Shown here: positions 36,877 to 46,910 of the stretch, in pieces
How positions within the stretch are numbered: position 1 is the stretch's first letter
How the letters are laid out: each line of letters opens with the position of its first letter
Assembly (NCBI GenBank): GCA_003598135.1
Contig: QZKA01000027.1
Coordinates: 20,788 to 84,787, forward strand
DNA length: 64,000 nt
Origin: Candidatus Omnitrophota bacterium
GTDB taxonomy: Bacteria > Omnitrophota > Gorgyraeia > Gygaellales > Profunditerraquicolaceae
Reading direction: 5' to 3'
Translations under genes and position numbers: made by a program
The notes under the pieces: generated by a model
Database searches by the model: none
The model's input: only the letters and a program-made list of their open reading frames with translations
Told to the model about the DNA's origin: nothing

Positions 36877-37905
36877 GTGAAAAAGATTAATTTAGGGATA
36901 ATCGGGTGTGGGCATTGGGGGCCGAATTATGTGAGGAACTTTAGTACGATGCCTGAAGCAAGAGTTGTATGGGTAAGCGACCTGAAGGAAGAAAGGCTCA
37001 CGCATATCAGGCAATTGTTCCCTGGCGTAAAGGTTTCCAAGGATAGTAATCGCGTCATCAACGACGATACAATTGACGCAGTAGTGATTGCTACCCCGAC
37101 GGTTACCCACTACAAAATGGCCCTACGGTGCCTGCAGGCGGGTAAACACGTGTTGGTTGAGAAGCCGATGACTACCGCTATCAAGGAGGCAGAAACACTC
37201 CTCAGTCTTGCCTCAAGGTGCAAAAAGACGTTGATGGTAGGCCATACCTTCACCTATAACAGTGCAGTGCAGGCAATAAAGGAACTTATCGGCCAGGACA
37301 AATTGGGCAGGCTTTACTATCTCTATTCTTCGCGGACCAATTTAGGGCCGTTACGCAGCGACGTGAATGTGTTATGGGATTTAGCTCCGCATGACGTCTC
37401 TGTATTTTCTTATCTGCTTGGCTGCCTGCCGGTCAAAGTAAGCGCTCAAGGCGCATCTTATTTGCGCAAGGGTATCGAGGACGTGGTGTTCATTACGCTC
37501 TACTTCCCGCGTAATATAATCGCCGGTATACATCTTAGCTGGCTTAATCCCCGCAAGGTCAGAGAGATAACGATTGTGGGGAACAAAAAGATGCTGGTGT
37601 TTGACGATCTCAACACTGCTAATCCCATTTATCTCTATAGTAAAGGAGTTATCCGTAAACAGATATCTCTTCCTTACTACGATACATTCGGTGAATTCCA
37701 GTATATCATCCGCGACGGTGACGCAACTATTCCTAAGGTGGCAATGAAGGAGCCTCTTACGGCTGAATGCCGCCACTTTTTGGAATGCGTTATGACAAGA
37801 AAAGAGCCCCATAGTAGCGGCAGGGACGGCTTAAATGTAGTACGGGTGCTTGCAGCTATCCAGAGTTCCCTGGAAGATAAAGGCCGCTTAAAGGAGGTGC
37901 GTTAA
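36877..37905 (+). CDS. Gfo/Idh/MocA-family NAD(P)-dependent sugar oxidoreductase (WbpB-like), copy 1
   Basis: KINLGIIGCGHWGPNYVRNF Rossmann fold plus the EKPMT family motif. A GTG start at 36877 sits 6 nt after a GAGGAG RBS and is preferred over the track's ATG at 36835. Confidence 0.75.
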   Translation: MKKINLGIIGCGHWGPNYVRNFSTMPEARVVWVSDLKEERLTHIRQLFPGVKVSKDSNRVINDDTIDAVVIATPTVTHYKMALRCLQAGKHVLVEKPMTTAIKEAETLLSLASRCKKTLMVGHTFTYNSAVQAIKELIGQDKLGRLYYLYSSRTNLGPLRSDVNVLWDLAPHDVSVFSYLLGCLPVKVSAQGASYLRKGIEDVVFITLYFPRNIIAGIHLSWLNPRKVREITIVGNKKMLVFDDLNTANPIYLYSKGVIRKQISLPYYDTFGEFQYIIRDGDATIPKVAMKEPLTAECRHFLECVMTRKEPHSSGRDGLNVVRVLAAIQSSLEDKGRLKEVR

Positions 37906-38565
37906 TTGAAAACAGCAGCCAATAAATCAGGAAGAGTTCGGTTTGGAAAGGATTGTTTGATTGACGAAGGAGTAATCTTGGGCTATCGTTCCGGCAGAAA
38001 GGGCTTGACCGGTATTTTGGTTATCGGCGCAGGAGCCCATTTGCGCAGTGGCACTGTTATTTATCAATCGAGCATAATAGGGAATCATCTAGAGACAGGC
38101 CATAATGTCGTAATCAGGGAACAGAACCATATTGGAAATAACTTTGCAATCTGGAATAATTCAACGGTTGATTACGGCTGTAAAATAGGAAATAATGTAA
38201 AAATTCATTCTAATTGTTATATAGCCCAATTTACCGTTCTTGAAGATGATGTATTTCTTGCGCCAGGCACTAGCATAGCCAATGACCTTCACCCGGGCTG
38301 TGACTTTTCTAAAAAGTGCCTTCGCGGCCCGACTATAAAAAAGGGAGCGCAGATAGGGGTCGGCTGCACCCTGCTTCCTTATGTTACGATTGGGGAAGGG
38401 GCCTTGATTGGCGCGGGCAGTGTAGTAACCAAGGATATACCTGCGCACTCGGTTGCCTACGGGAACCCAGCCAGGGTAGCAGGCTCTGCTTTTGATCTTA
38501 CGTGTAGATTCGAATTCACCGATAAGCCTTATCGCGAGGCGACCAAGGCTAAGCGTCGTAAGTAA
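37906..38565 (+). CDS. Left-handed beta-helix (hexapeptide-repeat) acetyltransferase, WbpD-like
   Basis: Hexapeptide repeats ([28 protein letters not shown]...[25 protein letters not shown]). It follows the Gfo oxidoreductase with a 0-nt gap. Confidence 0.75.
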   Translation: MKTAANKSGRVRFGKDCLIDEGVILGYRSGRKGLTGILVIGAGAHLRSGTVIYQSSIIGNHLETGHNVVIREQNHIGNNFAIWNNSTVDYGCKIGNNVKIHSNCYIAQFTVLEDDVFLAPGTSIANDLHPGCDFSKKCLRGPTIKKGAQIGVGCTLLPYVTIGEGALIGAGSVVTKDIPAHSVAYGNPARVAGSAFDLTCRFEFTDKPYREATKAKRRK

Positions 38566-38661
38566 TATTTTAGAATTCTGGCCACACCTTGGACTAAAGC
38601 AATAGGCGGTAGGCGCATAACGGCAAATTCTCAACACCTTCAAAAATTATTTGATTGTACT

Positions 38662-39969
38662 ATGCCTGAACAGCCGGTTGTATTAATTAATCCCCCAAGC
38701 CCTTTTTTGATTAACCAAAAAAGCTTTTCTCCGCTTGGCATACTCTATCTTGCCGCCGAATTGGAAAAAAATAACCTACCCGTGCGGGTTGTCGATTTGG
38801 CGGACTCAGAGAATGATATGGAGGCGGCCTTACGTTCGTATTTGGATGCCGAGCTATTTGGTATCAGCGCAACAACCCCGCAATATCCTTATGCAAGAGC
38901 GATAAAGGATGCGATCAAGAGAGCGCACCCTGAGGCGAAAGTAGTATTGGGTGGCGTTCATGGAACAGACCTCACTGAAAAGTGTCTTAATGACGGGTTT
39001 GATATCGTGGTTAAGGGAGAAGGTGAGAAGGCAATAGTTAAGATCGTGCACGATTTCGCAACGCATTCCCTTGATTACAGGACTTTGCAATTGCCTTATG
39101 AAAAAGATATGGATTCTTTGCCTCTTCCTGCGCGGCACCTGATTCCCCTGAAGGAGTACGGTTATGATATTGATGGTGTACCTGGGGCAAGCGTTATTAC
39201 CAGCAGGGGCTGTCCGTATCATTGCGTTTTTTGTTCAAAAGGCGTCTGGGAACAGGGGGTAAGGCTTCATAGCGTTGAGTACGTCGTAAGGGAGCTGGTC
39301 TCAATCATACAAAACTATACGATTAGCCATTTTCTTTTCCTTGATGATGCCATTAATATTGATAGAAACAGGTTGGTGCGGTTATGCACTGCGATAAAAC
39401 CGCTTGGAATAAAATGGCGTTGCTATGCGCGGGCGGATTTTCACGCCAAGGGTATGCTTATTGCGATGAAGGAAGCAGGTTGCGTGGAGATAGGTGTGGG
39501 CATTGAGAGCGGTTCGCAGAAGATATTAGACATCGTAGGCAAAGGGAGCACTGTGGAAAAGAATACCAGTTTTGTTAAAGAATGCAAATCTGTTGGCGTG
39601 GCGGTGAATGCCTTTGTGATGATTGGGCTACCCGGTGAGACGCATGAAACGGTCGAAGCCACAAAAAAATGGATAGGAGATGCAATGCCGGATAAGTTTG
39701 GTTTTAATATTTTTATGCCTTATGCTGGCACTCCGGTCTGGCGCAACCTAGAAAAATATGATTTGTGTATCGCAGATATTCCCGAGGAACATAGCTGGGT
39801 AAAGGGCAGGCCAGGCCAGCACCATTGTTATGTCTCGACAAACGAGTTGAGCTCTAGTGAAATCTTAAGGTTGTTCAACGAGTTGTTTGATTATTACACA
39901 CAATTGTTACATTGGAGGCCCGGAGTAGGCAGGGTAAAGCAGACTGTCCCGGGTAACACAGTATGCTGA
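38662..39969 (+). CDS. Cobalamin-binding (class B) radical SAM protein, copy 2
   Basis: N-terminal B12-binding domain (VVLINPPSP...PLGILYLAAEL) and a canonical cluster motif, RGCPYHCVFCSK. Confidence 0.85.
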   Translation: MPEQPVVLINPPSPFLINQKSFSPLGILYLAAELEKNNLPVRVVDLADSENDMEAALRSYLDAELFGISATTPQYPYARAIKDAIKRAHPEAKVVLGGVHGTDLTEKCLNDGFDIVVKGEGEKAIVKIVHDFATHSLDYRTLQLPYEKDMDSLPLPARHLIPLKEYGYDIDGVPGASVITSRGCPYHCVFCSKGVWEQGVRLHSVEYVVRELVSIIQNYTISHFLFLDDAINIDRNRLVRLCTAIKPLGIKWRCYARADFHAKGMLIAMKEAGCVEIGVGIESGSQKILDIVGKGSTVEKNTSFVKECKSVGVAVNAFVMIGLPGETHETVEATKKWIGDAMPDKFGFNIFMPYAGTPVWRNLEKYDLCIADIPEEHSWVKGRPGQHHCYVSTNELSSSEILRLFNELFDYYTQLLHWRPGVGRVKQTVPGNTVC

Positions 39970-41483
39970 TAGGCGCGTTGTTGTTTTTTGTGGGGTATCT
40001 GTTTCAGTGCTGGCCGCGGTTTTTTAACCCTTATTTCGGGGTGGATGTATGGAGGAATCTTTCTATCGCCGATGAAATCAGAAAGTATAAGCGGCTGCCC
40101 AGGCGCAATCTTCCCAAATATATGTTAAAGGGGCCGTTTGACTATCCGCCGCTGCTCAATATATTTCTGTCGCTTTTTTCTAAAAAGTGGCTAGAAAAAT
40201 ACCAGGGTTTTATCGCGCCTCTTTTTGATGCAATCACCGGATTTATCCTTTTTTCATTCACCCTTTTCCTTACGAGAGAAGTCGCAGTTGCGCTCCTGGC
40301 GCAGCTTCTTTTTGTTACTAATCCCCTTGCAGCTATGGAAAACGCAAGCCTTACTGCGAGAAGCCTGGGTAATTTGACTTTTTCATTGACATTCCTTTTT
40401 ATTATTCTTTTCACCGTATTCCATTCATGGGCCTATTTTCTGTTGGCAATCATTTTTGGATTTTTGGTGATTTTTGCCCAGAAAATGGCATCCCAGGCCT
40501 TGATTATGATATCCGTTATCTTTATGCTCTTCAGAATGGATGTTTCCTATGTTCTTATCGTTTCTCTAAGTATACTGGTTGCACTCTTATTGGCAGGCGA
40601 TTTGTATGTCCGGATCGCCAGTGGACATCTTTCTGTGCTTAGATACTTTAGAAAGATTCTTGATAATCGCTATGCGCATCAGGTATCAGGCAATATTGCA
40701 TTAAAAGGCGGGAATGATTTCATCGATAAAGTTAAGTCTTATGTGAATAAACAACCGTTTTTGGCAATGCTGGCCAGTGCTCCTCTTGTCACCATGGGGT
40801 TGGTGCTGTCCTTGTGGGGACTAATTTTTATACCGAAGAGTTTTTCGATACCCCCCGAGCTTTATCTTTACCATATATTGTTTCAATTTTGTCTATGGCT
40901 AATAGTACTGTATTACTTTGGGATTCTTACCGCGCAAGTGCGCGCTATACAATTTTTAGGCGAGGGCATGAAATACTTGGTCTTTGCAAGTTTCCCTGCT
41001 TCTTTTATCGTGGCATACGTGTCGTTTTATGAAATCCGGTTAAACGCTAATTTCATTCCTTTAGTGTTTAGTTTGGTTGTTGTCGCAATGAGCGTAGCCC
41101 AAACGGTTTTCCTTCAGAAGAAAGGGATCGTCAACGACCGGCAGCGCACCCTTACCCCGGTTTTGCGGCAAGTTATGGATTTTTTACAGAATGAGCCTGG
41201 CGAAATCCGTCTGGCGACTATACCTTTTTCGCTCTCGGATATCATTGCCTATTTTACAAAGTGTAATGTTTTTTCATCCGATTCGGCGTTTGTCTTGGGC
41301 AATGATCCTGCGTATACTGACTTTTATCCGGTGTTAAAGAGGCCGCTTGAAGAAATCCTAAGCGTCCACAATATCAATTATTTGCTGATAGATAAGAACT
41401 ATGTGAACCCTGAGGCTTTGCAACTTGCGGCGGGCTCAAAGATTGTCCTTGAGAGAGAGAACCTGTGTCTGATAAAACGCTAA
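39963..41483 (+). CDS. Polytopic membrane protein (about 12 TM helices plus a C-terminal soluble domain of about 110 aa); possible GT-C-fold glycosyltransferase or polymerase/ligase-like protein
   Basis: The first extracytoplasmic loop reads GVDVWRNLSIADEIRKYKR, a DE..R(Y/K) motif reminiscent of the ArnT/PMT loop-1 DE(x)RY. There is no WWDYG motif. Topology only; no confident family assignment. Confidence 0.4.
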   Translation: MLIGALLFFVGYLFQCWPRFFNPYFGVDVWRNLSIADEIRKYKRLPRRNLPKYMLKGPFDYPPLLNIFLSLFSKKWLEKYQGFIAPLFDAITGFILFSFTLFLTREVAVALLAQLLFVTNPLAAMENASLTARSLGNLTFSLTFLFIILFTVFHSWAYFLLAIIFGFLVIFAQKMASQALIMISVIFMLFRMDVSYVLIVSLSILVALLLAGDLYVRIASGHLSVLRYFRKILDNRYAHQVSGNIALKGGNDFIDKVKSYVNKQPFLAMLASAPLVTMGLVLSLWGLIFIPKSFSIPPELYLYHILFQFCLWLIVLYYFGILTAQVRAIQFLGEGMKYLVFASFPASFIVAYVSFYEIRLNANFIPLVFSLVVVAMSVAQTVFLQKKGIVNDRQRTLTPVLRQVMDFLQNEPGEIRLATIPFSLSDIIAYFTKCNVFSSDSAFVLGNDPAYTDFYPVLKRPLEEILSVHNINYLLIDKNYVNPEALQLAAGSKIVLERENLCLIKR

Positions 41484-42724
41484 ATACCAATTTCAGAGTT
41501 TCGTTATTGCGGTGTCAGTCAGCAAAGCAGATACGGCAAAAGCTATATGCGGCCCTTGTTTCTTTTTCGGATATTTTTCCGACCTCTAAAGATGCGCATA
41601 TCCTAATCAAGCCGAATTTAAACAGCAACATGAACGCGTTAACAGGCAATACGACTGATTTGAGGCTACTGGATGCGCTTTTAAGCTACTTGCGCGATCA
41701 AGGGTATGGCGCTATTACGATAGGGGAAGGAACCAGTAGCGGCTTTCATAGAGAAAAAATCAATATATTCACTCGTCTTTGCATTGACAAGCTGGCTAGG
41801 CGCTTCAATGCGAAACTGCTCGATCTTAATTATGCCCCTTATGAGTATGTCGAGTTTGAGCACGGGGAAAAAGCAGCCGTGGCTCGAATATGCAAGGAAG
41901 CGGATTTTTTTATCAACCTTCCTAAATTAAAGACGCATTTTGAGGCCCTTCTTTCTGTGTGTTTGAAAAATATGATGGGTGCGTTAGTGGGCCTTCCCAA
42001 CAAACAAAAGACCCACCGCAGCCTTTTTAAAAATATTCTCAATCTCAATAAATTCGTAAAGCCGCATTTGCACATTATTGACGGCCTTATTGCCATGGAG
42101 GGCACAGGTCCTTCATCAGGGACTCCGATCAAGACTGATGTGGTGCTTATTGGCACCGATCCATATCTGTTGGATTTAGCGTGTGCTAAAATCGCAGGCT
42201 TTGATTATAAAGAGATTCCCTATTTGAGGTTGGCAGAAGAGCGAGGCATCATTAATCAAGATTATTTAAATTTTGTTGAAGCGTTTATCCCTAAAGAAGT
42301 TATCAGGATTTTCAAAAGGCCACACGTCAACTCGCTAGTCAGGTTCGTTAATCATCCTAATTGGCAGTATAGTTTTATCAAAATAAGGCTATCTCCTTTA
42401 GTGAATAAGCTGTTTTCTTTTAAAAGCTTTGGGAGGCTGCTTAATGCGGCAGGCCTACGCCAGGATGTTTTTGACAAGCAGGATTTGTGCCTTAAGGATA
42501 TCTATTTTGAGGCCTCGTTGTGCGATAACTGTAAAAAGTGCCAAGCCTATTGTCCGGTTGGTCTTGTTTTGCCTGAACAGTTACATCCGCTGCATGAACA
42601 GTGTATCGGCTGCCTTTATTGTTTTTTGGTCTGTCCTAAAAAGGCAATCAAAATAAAGGGAACCCTTGGGTTTTTTAAGGAGCAGTTAAAACGTTACGAC
42701 AACATTACGCGCTCAATAGCATAG
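41465..42724 (+). CDS. DUF362 domain protein fused to a C-terminal di-[4Fe-4S] ferredoxin domain
   Basis: DUF362 signatures (ILIKPNLN, KTH, NMMG, IIDGLIAMEGTGPSSGTP) plus two CxxCxxCxxxCP motifs (CDNCKKCQAYCP; CIGCLYCFLVCP). The start codon is uncertain; a GTG at 41465 overlaps the upstream gene by 19 nt. Confidence 0.7.
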   Translation: MSDKTLNTNFRVSLLRCQSAKQIRQKLYAALVSFSDIFPTSKDAHILIKPNLNSNMNALTGNTTDLRLLDALLSYLRDQGYGAITIGEGTSSGFHREKINIFTRLCIDKLARRFNAKLLDLNYAPYEYVEFEHGEKAAVARICKEADFFINLPKLKTHFEALLSVCLKNMMGALVGLPNKQKTHRSLFKNILNLNKFVKPHLHIIDGLIAMEGTGPSSGTPIKTDVVLIGTDPYLLDLACAKIAGFDYKEIPYLRLAEERGIINQDYLNFVEAFIPKEVIRIFKRPHVNSLVRFVNHPNWQYSFIKIRLSPLVNKLFSFKSFGRLLNAAGLRQDVFDKQDLCLKDIYFEASLCDNCKKCQAYCPVGLVLPEQLHPLHEQCIGCLYCFLVCPKKAIKIKGTLGFFKEQLKRYDNITRSIA

Positions 42725-42740
42725 CGCAAGGAGCCCGGAG

Positions 42741-43754
42741 ATGATTAGAATAGGCGTAATCGGTTGCGGATACTGGGGGCCTAACCTTATCAGGAATTTC
42801 AGTGAAGTCAGGGACGCGCACGTGATCGTCTGTGCAGACGTTAGGGAGGACCGCTTACAATTTGTAAAACAAAGATACCCGGCTGTTGAGGTTACGAAAG
42901 ATTACAAGAGGCTGTTGCAGCGTAAAGATATTGACGCGGTAAGCATTGCGACGCCAGCGTCAACCCATTTTTCTCTTGCGCGCGAGGCCCTTTCGTACAA
43001 TAAGCACGTGCTTATAGAAAAGCCTATGACTAAGACCTCAGGTCAAGCAGAAGAGCTTATACGAGCGGCAAAAAGCAAGAAAAGGGTTTTGATGGTCGGC
43101 CATACCTTTGAGTATGCGGGAGCAGTGCGCAAGATCAGAGAGCTCTTGAGCCGCGGGGAAATCGGCGATATCTTTTATTTTGATTCAACCAGGGCAAATT
43201 TGGGCCTTTTCCAGAAAGACGTCAATGTTATTTGGGACCTTGCTCCTCATGATCTCTCTATTATGCTCTACGCACTCAAACTGCATCCTGTTCGGGTACT
43301 GGCGGTAGGAAGCGCCTTTGTCAATTCTTCGATAGAGGATATTTGCTATATAACTTTGTTTTTTCCTAAGAAGATCATCGGGCATATACATATTAGTTGG
43401 CTGGCGCCTGTCAAATTTAGACGCACGGTTATTGCGGGGAGCAGGAAAATGATCGTATATGATGATGTCGAGAATATTGAAAAGATAAAGGTGTTTGAAC
43501 GCGGAGTCACGATTAAAGAAAACAACGGGCCCAAAGGGATACTGGAACGCCAGCTCTTTTACCAGATGGGAGACGTTTGGAGTCCCCGGATTGACACTCA
43601 GGAGCCCTTAAAAATCGAATGCGAGCATTTTATTGATTGCGTCAAAAAAGGCAAGACGCCTTCCAGTGATGGGAAAAATGGCCTTGAGATCGTGAGGATT
43701 CTGGAGGCGGTGGATGAATCGCTTAAGGAGGGCGGGAAAATAATAGATATTTAG
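42741..43754 (+). CDS. Gfo/Idh/MocA-family oxidoreductase, copy 2
   Basis: IRIGVIGCGYWGPNLIRNF and EKPMT motifs. About 45% identical by eye to copy 1. Confidence 0.8.
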   Translation: MIRIGVIGCGYWGPNLIRNFSEVRDAHVIVCADVREDRLQFVKQRYPAVEVTKDYKRLLQRKDIDAVSIATPASTHFSLAREALSYNKHVLIEKPMTKTSGQAEELIRAAKSKKRVLMVGHTFEYAGAVRKIRELLSRGEIGDIFYFDSTRANLGLFQKDVNVIWDLAPHDLSIMLYALKLHPVRVLAVGSAFVNSSIEDICYITLFFPKKIIGHIHISWLAPVKFRRTVIAGSRKMIVYDDVENIEKIKVFERGVTIKENNGPKGILERQLFYQMGDVWSPRIDTQEPLKIECEHFIDCVKKGKTPSSDGKNGLEIVRILEAVDESLKEGGKIIDI

Positions 43755-44483
43755 ATGGATGGACGGCTAAACCAGAAAGAACAAGTAGGTGTAAGTATTA
43801 TTCTGCCCGCTTTCAACGAGCGGAATAACCTTAAAACGGTGGTTGAATCCGTGATTGCCTCTGTTGCTTGCGCTGTGAATACGTACGAAGTTATCATAGT
43901 TGATGACGGAAGCAATGACGGGACCGGTGAAGTGGCGCGTTTATTGACAAGCCTGCCAAATGTAAAGTTTTTTCGGCACGAGGCCAATTTGGGGATGGGT
44001 GAGGCGGTCAAGACAGGCATCCGTCACGCTGTGTTTCCGATAGTAATGGATATCCCTTGCGATAATCAGTTTAATGCGAAAGATATTTTGTCATTTATCG
44101 AAAAAATTAAAGTCGCCGATATCGTGGTGGGGTATCGGATCAATAAAGCCCAGGGATTCAGGCGGAAATTTTTTAGCGGATTCAATATCCTGCTGCTTAA
44201 GGTACTTTTTGGGCTCAGGCTTAAGGACCCTACATGGGTGAAAATGTGCAGGAAACAAATTTTTGACAGCATCGGAATAGAATCTAAAGGATTTTTCTGG
44301 GAGACGGAAGTTCTGGTAAAGGCTAAGAATCAAGGGCTAAGAATCGAAGAAGTGCCCACGACCATGCAGCCAAGGCTTAGCGGCCAGTCAAAGGGAAATA
44401 GTTTTTTTAGGGCTGTTGATGTATTGTTCTCAATGTTACGCTTGAAAACTGCTTTTGTATTTTCAAATTTTCCGAAGAGATGA
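43755..44483 (+). CDS. GT2 glycosyltransferase, Dpm1-like (polyprenyl-phosphate sugar synthase type)
   Basis: VSIILPAFNERNNL...VIIVDDGSNDGT. Length 242 aa. The start abuts the Gfo-2 stop (TAGATG). Confidence 0.8.
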   Translation: MDGRLNQKEQVGVSIILPAFNERNNLKTVVESVIASVACAVNTYEVIIVDDGSNDGTGEVARLLTSLPNVKFFRHEANLGMGEAVKTGIRHAVFPIVMDIPCDNQFNAKDILSFIEKIKVADIVVGYRINKAQGFRRKFFSGFNILLLKVLFGLRLKDPTWVKMCRKQIFDSIGIESKGFFWETEVLVKAKNQGLRIEEVPTTMQPRLSGQSKGNSFFRAVDVLFSMLRLKTAFVFSNFPKR

Positions 44484-45871
44484 AAGTTGCGCTAATAAAC
44501 CCTTCAGTACAAAAGGTAATCGAACGTCGCTATGACAGGCCGGTATTTCCACACTTGGGGCTTGGCTATATTGCCTCTTATTTGCGTAAGCGTGACGTTG
44601 ATTGCCATGTGGTAGACGCAAAGATGGAAGGCTTAAGTCTTCCTGGGCTTTTGGGGCGCTTGAAAGAAATCAGGCCGCATTTAGTCGGCTTGACATCTAT
44701 GACGCACGAAATAGGCAGTGTGCATTGCGTTGCCAAGCGGATAAGGGAATTATTTCCAGATGCCAAGATTGCTTTGGGTGGAGTGCATGCAACTTTCTTA
44801 CCCGCAGAAACTTTGCGTGATTATCCAGAATTTGACTTTGTAGTTTCCGGGGAAGGTGAAGAGACTTTTTTTGATCTTTATAACACGTTATCCTGCGGTA
44901 AACCGAACGTAAGTACTGTTGCAGGCTTAAGTTTTCTTGAGGGTGGTACTATCAAAACGAATCCTTCCCGGGAGAAGATCTACAATCTTGATGCTCTGCC
45001 TTTTCCTGACTGGGAAAATTTTCCTGTGGCAAGGGAATATCCGGTGATGACAAGTAGGGGATGTCCGTTTGAGTGTATTTTTTGCGCCAACCCTAACGGA
45101 AGGGTCTTGCGCGCGCGTTCCGCTGAAAGTGTAGTAAGTGAGTTCGAATGGGTAGTGAATAGGTTTCATCCCCAAAGGATTGTTTTCTGGGATGAAGGCT
45201 TGACGTTTGACCGAAGGAGGGCAGAAGCAATTTTTGATGCACTGATTAAGAAAGGTTTGCAGAAGAAGGTAAAATGGTATGCTCAGACCCATGTCTTGAG
45301 TGTCGATTACCTTCTTTTTAAAAAGATGAAAGAGGCAGGTTGTGTTTCTATCGGGTTAGGGATTGAGTCTGGCAATGAAAAAATCCTATCCCGCCTTCAG
45401 AAGAAGACAAATATTGCAAAGATTAAAATGGCCGTCAAAGATGCCAAAAGAGCGGGCTTGCCGGTTGAGGGGTATTTTATTTTTGGCCATCCCTATGAAA
45501 CGAAAGAAACCGCCATTGATACCATTCGGTTTGCAGTAAAGCTTAACCCCGAATATCCTGTATTCGGTATTATGGTTCCTTATCCAGGCACCGAGGTCCT
45601 GCGTATGGCTCAGAAGGGAGAAGGGGATTACCGTTTGCTTTCAAAAGATTGGTCTGACTATAATAAACAACTGGGCCATGCACTTGAGCTTGCCCATTTG
45701 AATCGCCGCCAGCTTGAGCTATTTCAGCTTAAGGGATATATATATGTGTTTATCTGTAACTTAAGACTAATAAGCCTAGTGAGGTTCTTTTTTAAGTACA
45801 GAAAAGAAGCGGTTGCCTTTATGAAAAAAATGCTGTTACGAAAGGAAAATCATGGACCTGAGGCAATTTAA
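44480..45871 (+). CDS. Cobalamin-binding (class B) radical SAM protein, copy 3
   Basis: B12-binding N-terminus (KVALINPS...LGLGYIASYL) and TSRGCPFECIFCANP. Its start overlaps the upstream GT2 stop. Confidence 0.85.
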   Translation: MKVALINPSVQKVIERRYDRPVFPHLGLGYIASYLRKRDVDCHVVDAKMEGLSLPGLLGRLKEIRPHLVGLTSMTHEIGSVHCVAKRIRELFPDAKIALGGVHATFLPAETLRDYPEFDFVVSGEGEETFFDLYNTLSCGKPNVSTVAGLSFLEGGTIKTNPSREKIYNLDALPFPDWENFPVAREYPVMTSRGCPFECIFCANPNGRVLRARSAESVVSEFEWVVNRFHPQRIVFWDEGLTFDRRRAEAIFDALIKKGLQKKVKWYAQTHVLSVDYLLFKKMKEAGCVSIGLGIESGNEKILSRLQKKTNIAKIKMAVKDAKRAGLPVEGYFIFGHPYETKETAIDTIRFAVKLNPEYPVFGIMVPYPGTEVLRMAQKGEGDYRLLSKDWSDYNKQLGHALELAHLNRRQLELFQLKGYIYVFICNLRLISLVRFFFKYRKEAVAFMKKMLLRKENHGPEAI

Positions 45872-46907
45872 CCCCTTAAAGGTATTAAACCATTGGGAGA
45901 CGCTTAAGGTGGTTATCGAAGGGAAGAACCCTTATCCGGTCTCCTGCGAAATTGACCCGAGCAATATCTGTAACCATAATTGTATCTGGTGTATTAATGA
46001 CCGTTTTAGAAAGTCGAACAAAGCAATGATTCCAAAAGAGTTAATGTGTAGGATCATTAAGGAAATTGCTGCGTGTGGCGTAAAGTCCATTGCGTTTACG
46101 GGCGGAGGAGAGCCGTTAATGAACCCGGCAAGCATAGAGGCTATTCAGTTGACGAGACGAAAGCGGATGGATGTCGGAATTGTAACTAATGGCGAGCTTC
46201 TCGATCCTGAGAAATGCCGGGTTATTGTGGATAATTGTAGTTATGTTCGTATAAGCCTTGATGCCGGTACCCGCAAGACGCATACCGTTGTCCACGCGCC
46301 CCTTAACAAGCGACAGGATGTGTATAGAAAAATCCTGGACAATATAGGTTTACTCGTAAAATACCGGCAGAAAAATAAAAGGAATATTACGATAGGGATT
46401 GGATATTTGGTAAATTTAGATAATTATCACGAAATAGCCAGGGCTGCGAAATTGGTACGGGATTCAGGTGTTGATTATATGCAGATCCGTCCTGCATTCA
46501 TGCCTGGAAAGCAGCTTTCCGAAAGAATCCGTTTTGAGGCAGAGCGTTTGATCCAAGAAACTCTTGCGTTATCCGATGGGCGGTTTTATGTGTTTCCGAT
46601 TCTGCACCGTTTCGATGAGGTAATAAACCTTGACCGTGCATACGACCGTTGCTTGGGCCACGGCCTCGTGGGAGTAGTTGCGGCAAACGCAAAGATGTAT
46701 ATCTGCTGTCAGCTAAGGGGGGAGGAGGCATTTTGTATCGGCGACCTGCGCCGGGCATCATTTTCTCAAATATGGAAAGGCAAAAGGAGGAAGTCAGTAA
46801 TTAAGTCGATAAACCTCGACCGTTGCCCTCCTTGTCGTTACAACAAATATAACGAAATCTTGGATTATCTTGCGAGTGAAAATAAGACACACAAAAATTT
46901 TCTATAA
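45852..46907 (+). CDS. Radical SAM protein without a B12 domain, with a C-terminal Cys cluster (SPASM/twitch-like); paralog a
   Basis: CNHNCIWC is the CxxxCxxC cluster motif, near the N-terminus. C-terminal cysteines sit at CPPCRYNKYNE. The N-terminus MDLRQFN is shared with paralog a' at 47860. Confidence 0.75.
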   Translation: MDLRQFNPLKVLNHWETLKVVIEGKNPYPVSCEIDPSNICNHNCIWCINDRFRKSNKAMIPKELMCRIIKEIAACGVKSIAFTGGGEPLMNPASIEAIQLTRRKRMDVGIVTNGELLDPEKCRVIVDNCSYVRISLDAGTRKTHTVVHAPLNKRQDVYRKILDNIGLLVKYRQKNKRNITIGIGYLVNLDNYHEIARAAKLVRDSGVDYMQIRPAFMPGKQLSERIRFEAERLIQETLALSDGRFYVFPILHRFDEVINLDRAYDRCLGHGLVGVVAANAKMYICCQLRGEEAFCIGDLRRASFSQIWKGKRRKSVIKSINLDRCPPCRYNKYNEILDYLASENKTHKNFL

Positions 46908-46910
46908 CGT

